A DNA stretch of 64,000 bases from positions 868,001 to 932,000 of the forward strand of contig NW_026889797.1 in assembly GCF_033153115.1 (NCBI RefSeq), written 5' to 3'. Numbering within the stretch: position 1 is the stretch's first letter; every line of letters begins with the position of its first letter. Below, one piece after another: positions 37,912-47,364 of the stretch. This DNA comes from Saccostrea echinata (Eukaryota). The notes under the pieces were generated by a model that was not told the origin of the DNA, ran no database searches, and saw only the letters and a list, made by a program, of their open reading frames with translations. Both the position numbers and the translations under genes were made by a program.

Positions 37912-39310
37912 CCGGCTGAGATGGGCAAACATGGTGTATTACGCACCTTCCCTTCGTTGCAAATTATGTGCACATATACAACCTTTCAATTTTTCGGCTT
38001 AGCAATTTACGGTAACTTTCTTTTTGCATACCATATCTTTTAAAATGACTCATTTTGATTGACCTTTAGCAGCTTAGTATCACTTACAAAATAAATTATT
38101 CCTTGCATTTTGCATCGCATTTATTATGCTTTATTAGTTTGTTCCCATACATTACACATATTATCAGAGAAGAATTCAAACTTGTAATACCCTTGGTTCA
38201 TACACTTACGAGGTTTAAGGACAATAACATGAACTTTTTACGCTTCGTACAGACTAGAATCTATTGCTAGAATAATTTTCAGAAAAAATAATAGGGACGC
38301 AATGAAACGTAGCATTTTTGATGTAATTGACGTCATAATCAAATGCGCACAAAACAAACGCTCGAATCGTCGAAATTGTGTACAGAAATTGATGTCAAAA
38401 GCTAACCTGCGACCTACATTTAACAGAAATATTTTGTGAAGCTATTATGTGTTCTTCTAATATGGATATTAATTGAAATAACATAGCAATTCTTTTTAGT
38501 GTAGAAATAAGTTAGGTCACCTCACTTGACAGCCATGCGATGAATGCATGCAATGTGTGCTATTTTATAGGTTGCAAACAAATTTCGATATCGCAACTGA
38601 TAGAACAAATGATGAATAAATAAATGTTAAATTATATTAACGTATCTTATATCTCGAAAGTTTTCCTGATTAAATACATTTGGCATTTTTTTAAGTTTGC
38701 GATTCCAAATTGGCATGTGCTCAAACACGTGCTTAAACAATTCTTTGTATTTTTTTTTTTAAATAAACAAACTGATCTGGTTTTCTTTTTACTGAATAAA
38801 ACAAATAAAATTAATAGTCATCATAATCAAATATTCCATGCAGAAATGAACGTCACACCACGCAATCTTTAAAAATAATAATTAAAAAAAAAATGCATAC
38901 GTTATAGCATAGCTTATCTGTTTATTAACTTGTTTGCAACAATAGGTATGTAGGATTTTGTTTAAATGGACCTTGAGATATATTGAGGATATTGATACGC
39001 AACATACCAAATACACAAACATTTAACAGACACAAGCAATGCAGGCATATAAATAAAGTTATATTCAAATTAGAGAATATCTTTGCTTTAGTTTCGAGAG
39101 AAAGAATTTTTTTTATAGTTTCCTTCTACCTAAATTGGTTATAGAAACGTCATTTTCAAAACAACTTCCTTAAAAAGAAGAGGAATAAATGTCACAGAGA
39201 TACGAGCATATGAATGATTATACTAAATTGGAAAAGAAATGATTTCTCACAAAGTATGAATTCTAAAGAAATTTTAAACTTTTCTTCAGAATTATTTTCA
39301 TTATCTTAAG

Positions 39311-39439
39311 GTTGTACTACTGGCTACTATGGATTTGACTGTTCTCTTCCCTGTCCTAAAAATTGTCGTTATTGTCATATAGAGACTGGAATGTGTTCCT
39401 GGTGTACACCAGGATATCAGGGATATCGGTGCAAAGTTG
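39311..39439 (+). CDS. Gene B EGF-like exon 1
   Basis: CTTGYYGFDCSLPCPKNCRYCHIETGMCSWCTPGYQGYRCKV, AG/GT bounded. Confidence 0.88.
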
Positions 39440-39746
39440 GTAAGAATCTAAATGAGAATCGTTTTATTCGAGCATGGAAAGGCAACGCATTTTTTCTTCT
39501 TTAGGGATTGAAACGAATCATTGCCTCAATGGTCATTTCCAATATTTTTACCTTTTACAAACAATATATATTGATATACTGTATGGTTATTGATCTAAGG
39601 CTATTTGAAAATAGAATACAGCATATGTATGCTTTGATGACAATTAGATATTACACTTTTGTCAATGCACGTACTTAAGGTAAGGATATATTTAATATTT
39701 TCTTTTTATCTCGAGAATTAAAAAAAGTTTTTATTTCTTTCAAAAG

Positions 39747-39884
39747 AGTGTGGTAGTGGCAAATACGGTCAGGACTGCGGAATTAGTTGTGGAGCTTGTC
39801 TGGGATATAAACAATGTCACCACATCAATGGGTCTTGTCTTGAAGGCTGTGACACTGGATATGAAGGGGTTCTTTGTAAAAGAG
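39747..39884 (+). CDS. Gene B EGF-like exon 2
   Basis: CGSGKYGQDCGISCGACLGYKQCHHINGSCLEGCDTGYEGVLCKR. Confidence 0.88.
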
Positions 39885-40998
39885 GTAACATGACTACTCT
39901 AAATATTGTTACAGTGCTGCTATCCCACAAGTTGACATGGGATGGGTTTGGATTGGATTCAGATTGAGGATTCACGATAAAAACATATAGTAGTTAATCC
40001 AATCCAATCCTATCCTATCCTTTATCCTACAGCCAATCAGATTCGAGAAAAGGTTGATTCATATTTCAGAATTAATTACAAAAACGGAATATGCTTTAAA
40101 ACGTTTACAAAAGAAATATTTATAAAATTACGATAGAAAATGAACATATTTTGTTTATTTTAACACAAATTAATAATAAACTTCGAGTGACATCGCGTGC
40201 GATTTAACCGTGAACGATCACCGGAAGAATTTTGCATGTAAACAATTAACAACGAAGAGTTCGGACATCAAGAGGTCTTATTTTCTTCAGCATGTTTGGA
40301 TGATTAAGCCAATTCCTACGTGTTTTAAAGTTCAATAACATGTAACTGTGTTAAATGTGCTCTGTTTGTCTGGGTAATTCTACACAAACCGCCAACGGCG
40401 GACTTGAGCAGATCGATATCGCATTTGTTTGGTGCAAGAACATGTAAGTATACTACACACTGTACATGTGTGCATGTTTATACATTTCCCCCTTTAAACA
40501 ATGTTATAATGACTTGAGCTATCAAAATTTTATTCTATTATAATATAGACAAAATCGGGTTGGAAAAATAGGTGGTGTGGGAAGGGGAGGGGGTTAAAAA
40601 ATTACAAATACTCTGTCATGATTCAATGTGTTCTAAAACAATAAGATGTATAATGCCTTTTTCAGTTTGTTATTACTATATTATTTCCCTACTGTGGTTT
40701 AAAAAATATTTTTTTATTTGAGTGCAATTATAATAAAATAAAGACAGAATCATTTCTTATGCTACATGTACTGTTTAAATTGTATTATAAGCCAACTCAG
40801 CACTTACATGTACATTGTATGTATGACCTATTCTGGGTTATGAATTATAAATTAATCATGCATTATTATTCATTGCAGAGAATGATACTTGGTTTTGCCT
40901 GCCCTCATCAAAATATTTTGTGAGGAAAAAAGGATTTTACATTTAAAAGGTAGGTATGATTATTAACATGTGTTTATGCATGGGTATCAATATAATAT

Positions 40999-41204
40999 TA
41001 GCATCTATTTGCTTACATACAAAATAGATGCCTTTATTTTACGAGAGAAGTATTTTGTTTGAGTCGGGCTCGGCCCGACTGAAGAAGTATATAAAGGCTC
41101 GGGTTTGTCCTTCACCTTCCTTTCTGCTGAACTTTTCAAAGGTAAAGACGTGTTGAAAGTGTTGTTAAAAAATTTAAGTAATTTTACGTTGTAAATTTCA
41201 AATA
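40999..41204 (+). repeat. Split direct repeat A1
   Basis: 206 bp; 2 mismatches seen against 46533-46738. Confidence 0.95.
41062..41095 (+). promoter_or_regulatory. Putative element promoter: palindrome followed by a TATA box
   Basis: agtcgggc-tcg-gcccgact, then tatataaa; repeated in A2. Confidence 0.55.
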
Positions 41205-41556
41205 TCTTATTTTTCTTTATTATTTTTAAATTCCCAACATATTTCAAGCAATATTCTCTAGGTTTAATTCATAAATACAGCGGATGACACTGGATTGTTA
41301 ATTTGCATGTGGCAGACGACACGTGCGTTATCTCTTAATCACGTACATAAGCAGTCATAAAAAAATTGTTTGGCAATTTAATTTATTTATTGCATCGTCG
41401 GCTGTCTCTGTATATAATTTAAAAGGAAATTGGATGGTATTGTTTTTAATTTTTTATGTATTATCAGACGCGCACGTTTCATGTACTCGTGTTATTTGTT
41501 CAGCATTAATTTATTCTATATTCTATTTACATGTTTCATAATTCATCAATGAAAAA

Positions 41557-42570
41557 ATGCCACCCAAGAAAAGGAGAGCCAACCAGAAAAAAGCCAGTGC
41601 TAGTACAAGCAGTGCACCTAGTCCAGCTGGTGTAGCCCCAATATTAGAAGAGGGCACAAGTGGAGAAAAGCATTTAGAGACTCAAGTTGATATGCACAGA
41701 CCTTCCAGTACCAAAAGAAAGAGATCAGAAACTGTTGTTTCATCACCAAACCCTGCTGTACCAGGTACATCTGCCCCCTTTGAATTGCCCAATTCGGTTG
41801 AATCAGTATATTCACATCTAGCAAGCATTGTCTCTAGTAACATTAGAACCAAAATAGTCAATTCTATTTATATTGATATTGCAGTGCTTCTAGATAACAC
41901 TTCACTTAGTGAGACAATGGAAAAGAAAATCTATTTTAACGATAAGGGGGAACTAATCACGAGGGAAAGTTCCCAAACTAAAGTTAAAATAACTTCAATA
42001 GATAAATGGACAGATGCATTTATCATTTATGCCAGTATTTACTCTGCATCCCACCCAGAGACGGTTCAAGATCTCTTTAAGTATTTGCATGATATTAGGC
42101 TCGGGGCTTCACGGGGTGGCAGTTCTATGGGCTGGAAGACATATGATGAGCAATTCAGGCTCCGACGAAGCTTAAACCCTGCTATATCTTGGGGCACTAT
42201 TGATTCCGAACTATGGTTAATGTACATGTCACCTGTAAGTTCACCTTCTGTGGTGGGAGGAACTAATTCTAGACAAACAGGCCATATGAAATGTTACAAT
42301 TTCAATTTTCAGGGTATTTGTAGTAGGGCTCAGTGCATTTATATGCACTGCTGTTTAAAATGCAGTGGGGCTCACCCACTCTCTACTTGTCCTGTAGGCA
42401 ATAATTACATGGCTCAAGCTAAACCAGCATATTCGTCAAATGTTCGAAACAGTTTAAGGTTGCCTCAGAGTCCTAACAACTTTTTTCGCTCTCGAATGCC
42501 CATCAACCCTCAATACACGCGACCCCTCAGACCACAAACAAATCTAGGAACTAGGAAAAACCCCAATTAA
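41557..42570 (+). CDS. gag: Ngaro ORF1, Gag-like protein
   Basis: 337 aa, ATG start, PPKKRR N-terminus, WKTYDEQFR motif, C-x8-C-x4-C-x3-H plus C-x2-C-x3-H-x4-C zinc fingers. Confidence 0.9.
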   Translation: MPPKKRRANQKKASASTSSAPSPAGVAPILEEGTSGEKHLETQVDMHRPSSTKRKRSETVVSSPNPAVPGTSAPFELPNSVESVYSHLASIVSSNIRTKIVNSIYIDIAVLLDNTSLSETMEKKIYFNDKGELITRESSQTKVKITSIDKWTDAFIIYASIYSASHPETVQDLFKYLHDIRLGASRGGSSMGWKTYDEQFRLRRSLNPAISWGTIDSELWLMYMSPVSSPSVVGGTNSRQTGHMKCYNFNFQGICSRAQCIYMHCCLKCSGAHPLSTCPVGNNYMAQAKPAYSSNVRNSLRLPQSPNNFFRSRMPINPQYTRPLRPQTNLGTRKNPN

Positions 42571-44155
42571 GATAGACAGACTTCAGGAGCATTTGAAAGA
42601 TTACCCTGATAAAAAGGTTGTAGTATTTTTAGAAGAAGGATTTACAAAAGGTTTTAAGATTTGCTATAAAGGTCTTAGAATCCATGTTTCATGTAAAAAT
42701 TTGTCATCTGCAAGAGAATACCATGATCAGCTTTTGGAAAAAATCAACAAAGAAATAAGCCTGGGTAGAATTTTGGGTCCTTTCATTGATTTACCAATAG
42801 CAAACCTTCATTTATCTCCAGTCGGTGTTGTCCCTAAATCTGATGGGGGATGGAGGATGATATCTCACCTCTCTTACCCCGAGTTAAGCGGTGTCAACTA
42901 TTTTATTGATCCTGAACTCTGCTCGGTACAGTATTCTTCATTTGATGGAGTCATAGACATGATTGCTAGGTTGGGAAAGGGGGCTCTATTAGGAAAAGTT
43001 GACATCAAAAGTGCATTTAGGTTGATACCTATTTACCCAGGAGATTTTGACTTGCTTGGTTTCTCATTAGATGGATTGTATTACATAGATAAATGTTTAC
43101 CTATGGGTTGTAGCATAAGCTGTAAAATATGGGAAACTTTTGCCACGTTTTTACATTGGTTGACAGGGTACAAATCTGGGCTTAAAACCTTGGATCATTA
43201 TCTAGATGATTTTATTTTTGCGGGGAGAAAAGAAACTCAGGAATGTGCTCTTCTCATGTCTCAATTTATATCGATAGCTTTCGACATTGGGGTTCCATTA
43301 GCTGATGAAAAAACCACAGGGCCTACCACAAGGTTAACATATCTGGGTTTTGTGATTGATACAGTAGAAATGATCATTAAAATACCCCAAGATAAAGTTG
43401 ATGCTCTACTACAAACTATTAAAGTTTTTCTTGATAGAAAAAAAGTGACTCTTAAGGAATTGCAATCATTAGTGGGAACTCTTAATTTCTTTTGTAAAGC
43501 GATTAGATCTAGTAGGGCTTTTATTCGCAGATTTTATGATGCAATGTCTGGGTGTCTTAAGTCATTCCACCACATTAGATTAAATTTAGACATGAAAAGT
43601 GACCTTAGAATTTGGGAGATTTTCCTAAAGCACTTTAATGGGGTAGCATATTTCTCCGATACGATTTGGCAGGATTCTAATATTTTAGAGTTTTATACTG
43701 ATAGTGCTGGTTCTAATGCTTTAGGATGTGGGGCTTATTTTCAGGGTAGTTGGTTTTTTCTTCCTTGGCCAAAACATTGGGAGAATCAGGAAATCATGAA
43801 GGATATTACATTTCTTGAGTTAATTCCAGTAGTGATAGCAATTGAAATTTGGGGGAATTTGTTAGTTAGGAAAAAAGTCTTATTTCATATTGACAATATA
43901 GCTTTAGTTAGTGTAATCAATAAGCAAACCTCTAAATCCAAGAGAATTATGGAGCTTGTTCGACATTTTGTGCTCAAACTTATGTTAAATAATGTTGTGT
44001 TTAAAGCTAAACATATTTCAAGTATTGATAATAACATTGCGGACTCTATTTCTCGGAAACAGTGGCAGAGGTTCAAGGAATTGGCACCATCAGCCAAGCC
44101 AAACCCAGAAGTCCCACCAAGGGAGTTAGTGAACATGATATACAATTTGAAATAG
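42548..44155 (+). CDS. pol: Ngaro ORF2, reverse transcriptase plus RNase H
   Basis: KVDIKSAFR, LPMG and YLDD RT motifs; RNase H residues in FYTDSAG, FLEL, HIDN and IADSISR; frame is open from 42548 with no AUG before the RT core. Confidence 0.95.
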   Translation, partial: ELGKTPIKIDRLQEHLKDYPDKKVVVFLEEGFTKGFKICYKGLRIHVSCKNLSSAREYHDQLLEKINKEISLGRILGPFIDLPIANLHLSPVGVVPKSDGGWRMISHLSYPELSGVNYFIDPELCSVQYSSFDGVIDMIARLGKGALLGKVDIKSAFRLIPIYPGDFDLLGFSLDGLYYIDKCLPMGCSISCKIWETFATFLHWLTGYKSGLKTLDHYLDDFIFAGRKETQECALLMSQFISIAFDIGVPLADEKTTGPTTRLTYLGFVIDTVEMIIKIPQDKVDALLQTIKVFLDRKKVTLKELQSLVGTLNFFCKAIRSSRAFIRRFYDAMSGCLKSFHHIRLNLDMKSDLRIWEIFLKHFNGVAYFSDTIWQDSNILEFYTDSAGSNALGCGAYFQGSWFFLPWPKHWENQEIMKDITFLELIPVVIAIEIWGNLLVRKKVLFHIDNIALVSVINKQTSKSKRIMELVRHFVLKLMLNNVVFKAKHISSIDNNIADSISRKQWQRFKELAPSAKPNPEVPPRELVNMIYNLK

Positions 44156-45182
44156 ACCGGTTACTTCAGGCATCAATTTCTAAGAACACCAAGTTGTCAC
44201 ATCAGACAGGACTAGCATCTTTTCAAAAATTCAGGTCAACTTTTGACTTGGACGACAACTGGCCACCATTAACAAGTCATCTGATCCAATACATTGCTTA
44301 TTTGTCACGCTTAGGATACTCATTTTCAACAGCAAGGTCTTATGTATCAGCAATAAGCTTTAACTGCAAAATTCAAAATTAACAAGTCATCTGATCCAAT
44401 ACATTGCTTATTTGTCACGCTTAGGATACTCATTTTCAACAGCAAGGTCTTATGTATCAGCAATAAGCTTTAACTGCAAAATTCAAAATTTTGATGATGT
44501 TACTAGGAATTTCATGGTTACAAAACTCTTGGAAGGGATGAGGAGACTAAACAAACCAGCTGATTCTAGACTTCCTATTACCCCCAATTTGCTCAATAAA
44601 ATATTACATATGTTGCATTCAGTGTGTTTCAATAGATATGAGACTTTGCTTTTTAAGGCAGCTTATTCATTGGCTTTCTTTGCATTTCTTAGAGTTGGAG
44701 AAATTTGTTTATCTGCAGGCAATGACAGTAACTCAATTTTGCAAGCCTCAGATATTGAATTTGATCAAGATCAAGCAAATATGTTATTAGTCATTAAACA
44801 ATCTAAAACTGATCAGACAGGCAAGGGTATTACAATATGTATTGAAGAAGTGGGTGGCAGTATTTGTCCAGTCAAATGCTTGAGGGAGTTTCTGTCTATA
44901 AGACCCAAAGTTAAGGGAGCATTATTTTGTCATTTTGGAGGTGAACCACTAACTAGATCCCAGTTTTCATCGGTTTTGGGCAAGGTGTTGAAGGTCTGTA
45001 AAGTTGGGGGCAATTACAAATCTCATTCCTTTCGCATAGGGGCAGCCACAGCAGCATTTGAATTGGGTTGTTCAGAAGATTCAATAATGGAGGCAGGTCG
45101 TTGGAAATCTAAGGTTTACAAATCTTACATTAGGTCTCCATTGGCAGGTTTAAGAAAAAATAGAATTTTTGATGATATCTAG
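44062..45182 (+). pseudogene. Ngaro ORF3, tyrosine recombinase, split by a 110-bp tandem duplication
   Basis: Catalytic set LRVGE, SKTDQ, HSFR, GRW, YKSY in ORF 44412-45182; N-terminal part in ORF 44062-44382; removing one repeat copy gives a single 336-aa frame. Confidence 0.92.
44268..44490 (+). repeat. Perfect 110-bp tandem duplication
   Basis: aacaagtcatctgatcc starts at both 44271 and 44381; ATT microhomology at the junction. Confidence 0.95.
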
Positions 45183-45364
45183 CTCTAGGTTTGGGTTGTT
45201 CACATGCTAGTACCATAGGTATCATGAAGTAAAAAATAAAAAGCTGTTCACAATAAATTGCACTTGCATTAGTTATTATACAATTGTCACTTAAATTGTT
45301 TGTTAGAACTTATTAATTGTCAGTCTAGTTCTTTATTTAGACTTTACAAGTTTTTTCAGCCCCC

Positions 45365-45964
45365 TTGCAAGTATGGTGTGTTGGTTCCTCCATTATAAAA
45401 AGAGCATTCTTGGAAGCCTTTAAAAGTCCCTCGGGGGTCAACTTAGCCTTAGAAAGAGTCGGACTAAATTTATGGTGGCAAGGCTACTCTGGACTAAAAT
45501 TCATTGAGTTAAAGAAAAAACTTTTGTACTTGAAGAATCTTGAGAATGAGCCTAACTTTATTCTTCTACATTGTGGCGGCAATGACATTGGTACCAAAGC
45601 ATATTCTTTATTTGAACTTATAAAAAAATTCAAGACAGATTTGGCTGAAATTAAGGGTCACTTTCCCCAGGCCATCCTGATATGGTCTCAAATCCTTCCC
45701 CGTATTCAATGGAGGTATTCCGAAGATTTAGTGACCATGGAAAACTATAGAAACCGTCTCAATAGGGCAGTAGCCAAATACATATTGGAACAGGGGGGCT
45801 GTTACCTGAAACATCCAGATTTGATGAAAGATATCGCCAAGTTTTTGCTACCTGATGGTGTACATTTATCAGAATTAGGAAACTCAATTTTTCTAATACA
45901 GTTCAAGGAGGTCTTGAATACTTTGCCCAAAAAAGGGGTTGCGTGTATCCAGACAAGTCTGTAA
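45365..45964 (+). CDS. Ngaro ORF4, SGNH/GDSL hydrolase
   Basis: Block I VGSSI, block II GYSG, block III GGND, block V DGVH; no AUG ahead of the catalytic blocks. Confidence 0.9.
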   Translation: MQVWCVGSSIIKRAFLEAFKSPSGVNLALERVGLNLWWQGYSGLKFIELKKKLLYLKNLENEPNFILLHCGGNDIGTKAYSLFELIKKFKTDLAEIKGHFPQAILIWSQILPRIQWRYSEDLVTMENYRNRLNRAVAKYILEQGGCYLKHPDLMKDIAKFLLPDGVHLSELGNSIFLIQFKEVLNTLPKKGVACIQTSL

Positions 45965-46077
45965 GTACCTAGAAAGAGTTGGGGGGACCTTGGGCAGTAT
46001 TGGGCGTGGAACAGTTGACTTGTGGCTTTCCCCATGTGTGGGGTGACTGCAAACTGTGCCAGTATGCAGCCATGTGG

Positions 46078-46532
46078 CATCTGCGCACACCAAGCCAACT
46101 GTTGACAATATTTGTGTGAAACTTGTACTATACTCAACTGGACTGGGTTGATGTGTGAACCACAGTTAAGTGTAGTATTATTTGACAGTGATATTAACTG
46201 TGAACTAGAAAAATGCATATTTGAGTTTGAGATTTGAAATTTTGAGATATTTGATATTTGAACTACTGTGAGTTTGAAATTTAATGTTTGATATGTGCAG
46301 TTTGATATTTGAACTTTGACATTTGAACTTTGAACTTTGTTTGATGTGTGCTGACCCTCCGCGGTAAACCCGGGACGGTTAGTGTGTACACATGTTGCTA
46401 TGATTTGATGGGATTGCCCTATTGAAATGGCATCCCATATTGTTTGTGATTTATTGTGCCACGACCAATACTCGCCATAAATTAAACATAAAACTAACAT
46501 TTGGTGTTGTATTCTTATCTCTGTATAAATAA
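46078..46532 (+). repeat. Split direct repeat B1
   Basis: 455 bp; no difference seen against 46910-47364; contains ATTAAA near its end. Confidence 0.95.
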
Positions 46533-46738
46533 TAGCATCTATTTGCTTACATACAAAATAGATGCCTTTATTTTACGAGAGTAGTATTTTGTTTGAGTCG
46601 GGCTCGGCCCGACTGAAGAAGTATATAAAGGCTCGGGTTTGTCCTTCACCTTCCTTTCTGCTGAACTTTTCAAAGGTAAAGACGTGTTGAAAGTGTTGTT
46701 AAAAAATTTAAGTAATTTTGCGTTGTAAATTTCAAATA
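46533..46738 (+). repeat. Split direct repeat A2
   Basis: Copy of A1 directly abutting B1. Confidence 0.95.
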
Positions 46739-46909
46739 CCCTCCCTCCCTCCACGTCAGATATGAAGTTGTATGTTAATTTAAAAAAGGAATTTCTGGTG
46801 CTTGGGTTTTTTCTCCTCTTCTTTTTCAGGTTTTGGGGCATCAGTTCCCTTAGGATTTAGTTGGATACATGCATAAGGAATCGTCGTGGCGCTATCCAGG
46901 ATTGATGAA

Positions 46910-47364
46910 CATCTGCGCACACCAAGCCAACTGTTGACAATATTTGTGTGAAACTTGTACTATACTCAACTGGACTGGGTTGATGTGTGAACCACAGTTA
47001 AGTGTAGTATTATTTGACAGTGATATTAACTGTGAACTAGAAAAATGCATATTTGAGTTTGAGATTTGAAATTTTGAGATATTTGATATTTGAACTACTG
47101 TGAGTTTGAAATTTAATGTTTGATATGTGCAGTTTGATATTTGAACTTTGACATTTGAACTTTGAACTTTGTTTGATGTGTGCTGACCCTCCGCGGTAAA
47201 CCCGGGACGGTTAGTGTGTACACATGTTGCTATGATTTGATGGGATTGCCCTATTGAAATGGCATCCCATATTGTTTGTGATTTATTGTGCCACGACCAA
47301 TACTCGCCATAAATTAAACATAAAACTAACATTTGGTGTTGTATTCTTATCTCTGTATAAATAA
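46910..47364 (+). repeat. Split direct repeat B2
   Basis: Copy of B1, offset 832 bp. Confidence 0.95.

Larger units (their letters stand above)
40999..47364 (+). mobile_element. Full-length Ngaro-type (DIRS order) tyrosine-recombinase retrotransposon
   Basis: Split direct repeats in the order A1-ORFs-B1-A2-spacer-B2; gag, RT/RNase H without a methyltransferase, YR and SGNH ORFs; no TSD. Confidence 0.95.

Noticed and set aside
37705-38043. 112-aa ORF and similar short ORFs (18479-18712, 19959-20339, 33921-34141)
   Set aside because: Products of homopolymer runs, with no splice or domain support.
44062-45182. Phage or bacterial integrase (contamination or horizontal transfer)
   Set aside because: It is embedded between RT/RNase H and SGNH ORFs within split direct repeats, which is normal for DIRS-order retroelements.
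45802-47332. Antisense ORFs of 232 and 146 aa in B1/B2, and 80/100 aa in A1/A2
   Set aside because: They are duplicated only because the repeats are. They have no recognisable domain, and the tcaaa-rich repeat strand is naturally poor in stop codons.
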